Origin: an uncultured Alphaproteobacteria bacterium | Lineage (GTDB): Bacteria; Pseudomonadota; Alphaproteobacteria; HIMB59; GCA-002718135 | Length of the DNA stretch: 64,000 nt | Assembly: GCA_902623585.1 (NCBI GenBank) | Contig: CACNUO010000005.1 | Span: 984-64,983 of the forward strand | Direction of reading: 5' to 3' | Notes under the pieces: model-generated | What the model was told of the DNA's origin: nothing | Database searches by the model: none | What the model saw: the letters and a program-made list of their open reading frames with translations, nothing else | Made by a program: the position numbers and the translations under genes | Part shown: piece after piece, positions 63,017 through 64,000 of the stretch | How positions within the stretch are numbered: position 1 is the first letter of the stretch | How the letters are laid out: every line of letters begins with the position of its first letter

Positions 63017-63748
63017 ATGAATGAAATAAAAAAAATATTTATCACAGGTGCTTCAGGGGGTATTGGTTCAGCAATTTGTAAAAAATTTATAGACAAAAAT
63101 TTTACTCTAGTTTTAACAGCTTCATCAGATGAAAAAGTTGAAAAATTAAAAGATATTTATGGTGATAATAATTTTTATTATAAAATTAACTTAGCTGACT
63201 CCGAAATTCTCGACACTTGCTTAAAAGAAGTTGCAAAAAATCATAAAGATATATCTGTTATTGTTAATAATGCCGGTGTAACAGAAGATAATTTGATATT
63301 TAGAATGAAAAATGAGCAATGGAATAAAGTTATTCAAACAAATCTCAATTCTAATTATCAAATAATTAAATCTTTATTGCCTAATATGTTATCTAAAAAA
63401 TATGGAAAGATAATCGGCATATCATCAATTGTTGGTTCTACTGGCAATCCAGGACAAGCAAACTATGTTGCTTCAAAATCAGGTATGATTGGCCTATATA
63501 AATCAATTGCTTCTGAAGTTGCAAAAAGAAATATAAATGTAAACATTATTTCACCAGGATTTATTTCCACTGCTATGACTGAAAATTTAAGTAGTGAACA
63601 AAAAGAAAGTTACCTTTCCAGAATACCAATGTCTAGATTTGGTAAGCCAGAAGATATTGCTAATTTGGTATATTTTTTAGCTACAGATGATTCATCGTAT
63701 ATAACAGGTCAAAACTTTCACGTTAATGGTGGAATGTTGATGGTTTAA
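63017..63748 (+). CDS. fabG: 3-oxoacyl-ACP reductase
   Basis: TGASGGIG, NNAG, GNPGQANYVASK, YITGQ.FHVNGGM; between fabD and acpP. Confidence 0.95.
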   Translation: MNEIKKIFITGASGGIGSAICKKFIDKNFTLVLTASSDEKVEKLKDIYGDNNFYYKINLADSEILDTCLKEVAKNHKDISVIVNNAGVTEDNLIFRMKNEQWNKVIQTNLNSNYQIIKSLLPNMLSKKYGKIIGISSIVGSTGNPGQANYVASKSGMIGLYKSIASEVAKRNINVNIISPGFISTAMTENLSSEQKESYLSRIPMSRFGKPEDIANLVYFLATDDSSYITGQNFHVNGGMLMV

Positions 63749-63801
63749 TTGGTTGACATACATTGAAATAATAATCTAAAAGCAACTATAAGGAGAAAAA
63801 T

Positions 63802-64000
63802 ATGAGTGATATTCAAGATCAGGTAAAAAAAATTGTTGTAGATCATTTGGGAATTGATGAATCAAAAGTTGTTCCTGAAGCAAAATTTATAGATGATTTA
63901 GGTGCGGATAGCCTAGATACTGTTGAACTGGTTATGGCATTTGAAGAAAAATTTGGTATTGAAATACCTGATGATGCTGCTGAAACTATTCAAACAGTTC
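63802..64000 (+). CDS. acpP: Acyl carrier protein (3'-truncated by window edge)
   Basis: Manual translation [17 protein letters not shown]...[21 protein letters not shown]; AAGGAG SD; TTGACA at 63753. Confidence 0.97.
   Translation, partial: MSDIQDQVKKIVVDHLGIDESKVVPEAKFIDDLGADSLDTVELVMAFEEKFGIEIPDDAAETIQTV

Noticed and set aside
1-64000. CRISPR arrays, IS elements, prophage or defence systems
   Set aside because: No regularly spaced repeats, transposases, integrases or nuclease/methylase genes recognised; nearly all sequence is accounted for by metabolic and housekeeping genes

Overview
Very AT-rich, densely packed chromosomal window from a genome-streamlined alphaproteobacterium (gene content, alpha-type SOS boxes and DksA suggest a SAR11/HIMB59-like marine lineage; the taxonomy is inference). 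1-10.8 kb: quaternary-amine (carnitine/choline/betaine) uptake and catabolism region with a peptide-family ABC transporter, BetA-like oxidase, CdhA/B/C, an ScfR-family regulator facing an unannotated 59-aa ORF, and a PhnZ/TmpB-like HD diiron protein. 10.8-19.3 kb: agmatine/putrescine cluster (aguAB, potFGHI, puuA/puuB-like). 19.3-64 kb: housekeeping genes, tRNA-Leu(TAA), an RND pair, an NMT1/THI5-type ABC importer, an MMPL protein and an S6:S18 leader. No mobile elements or CRISPR arrays were seen. The strongest signal is negative: de novo purine genes (purC/S/Q/L, purF, guaB) are missing from three separate loci where alphaproteobacteria usually keep them, while purB and guaA remain and an ABC importer follows guaA. 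This suggests purine auxotrophy/salvage, but relocation elsewhere in the genome cannot be excluded from this window.
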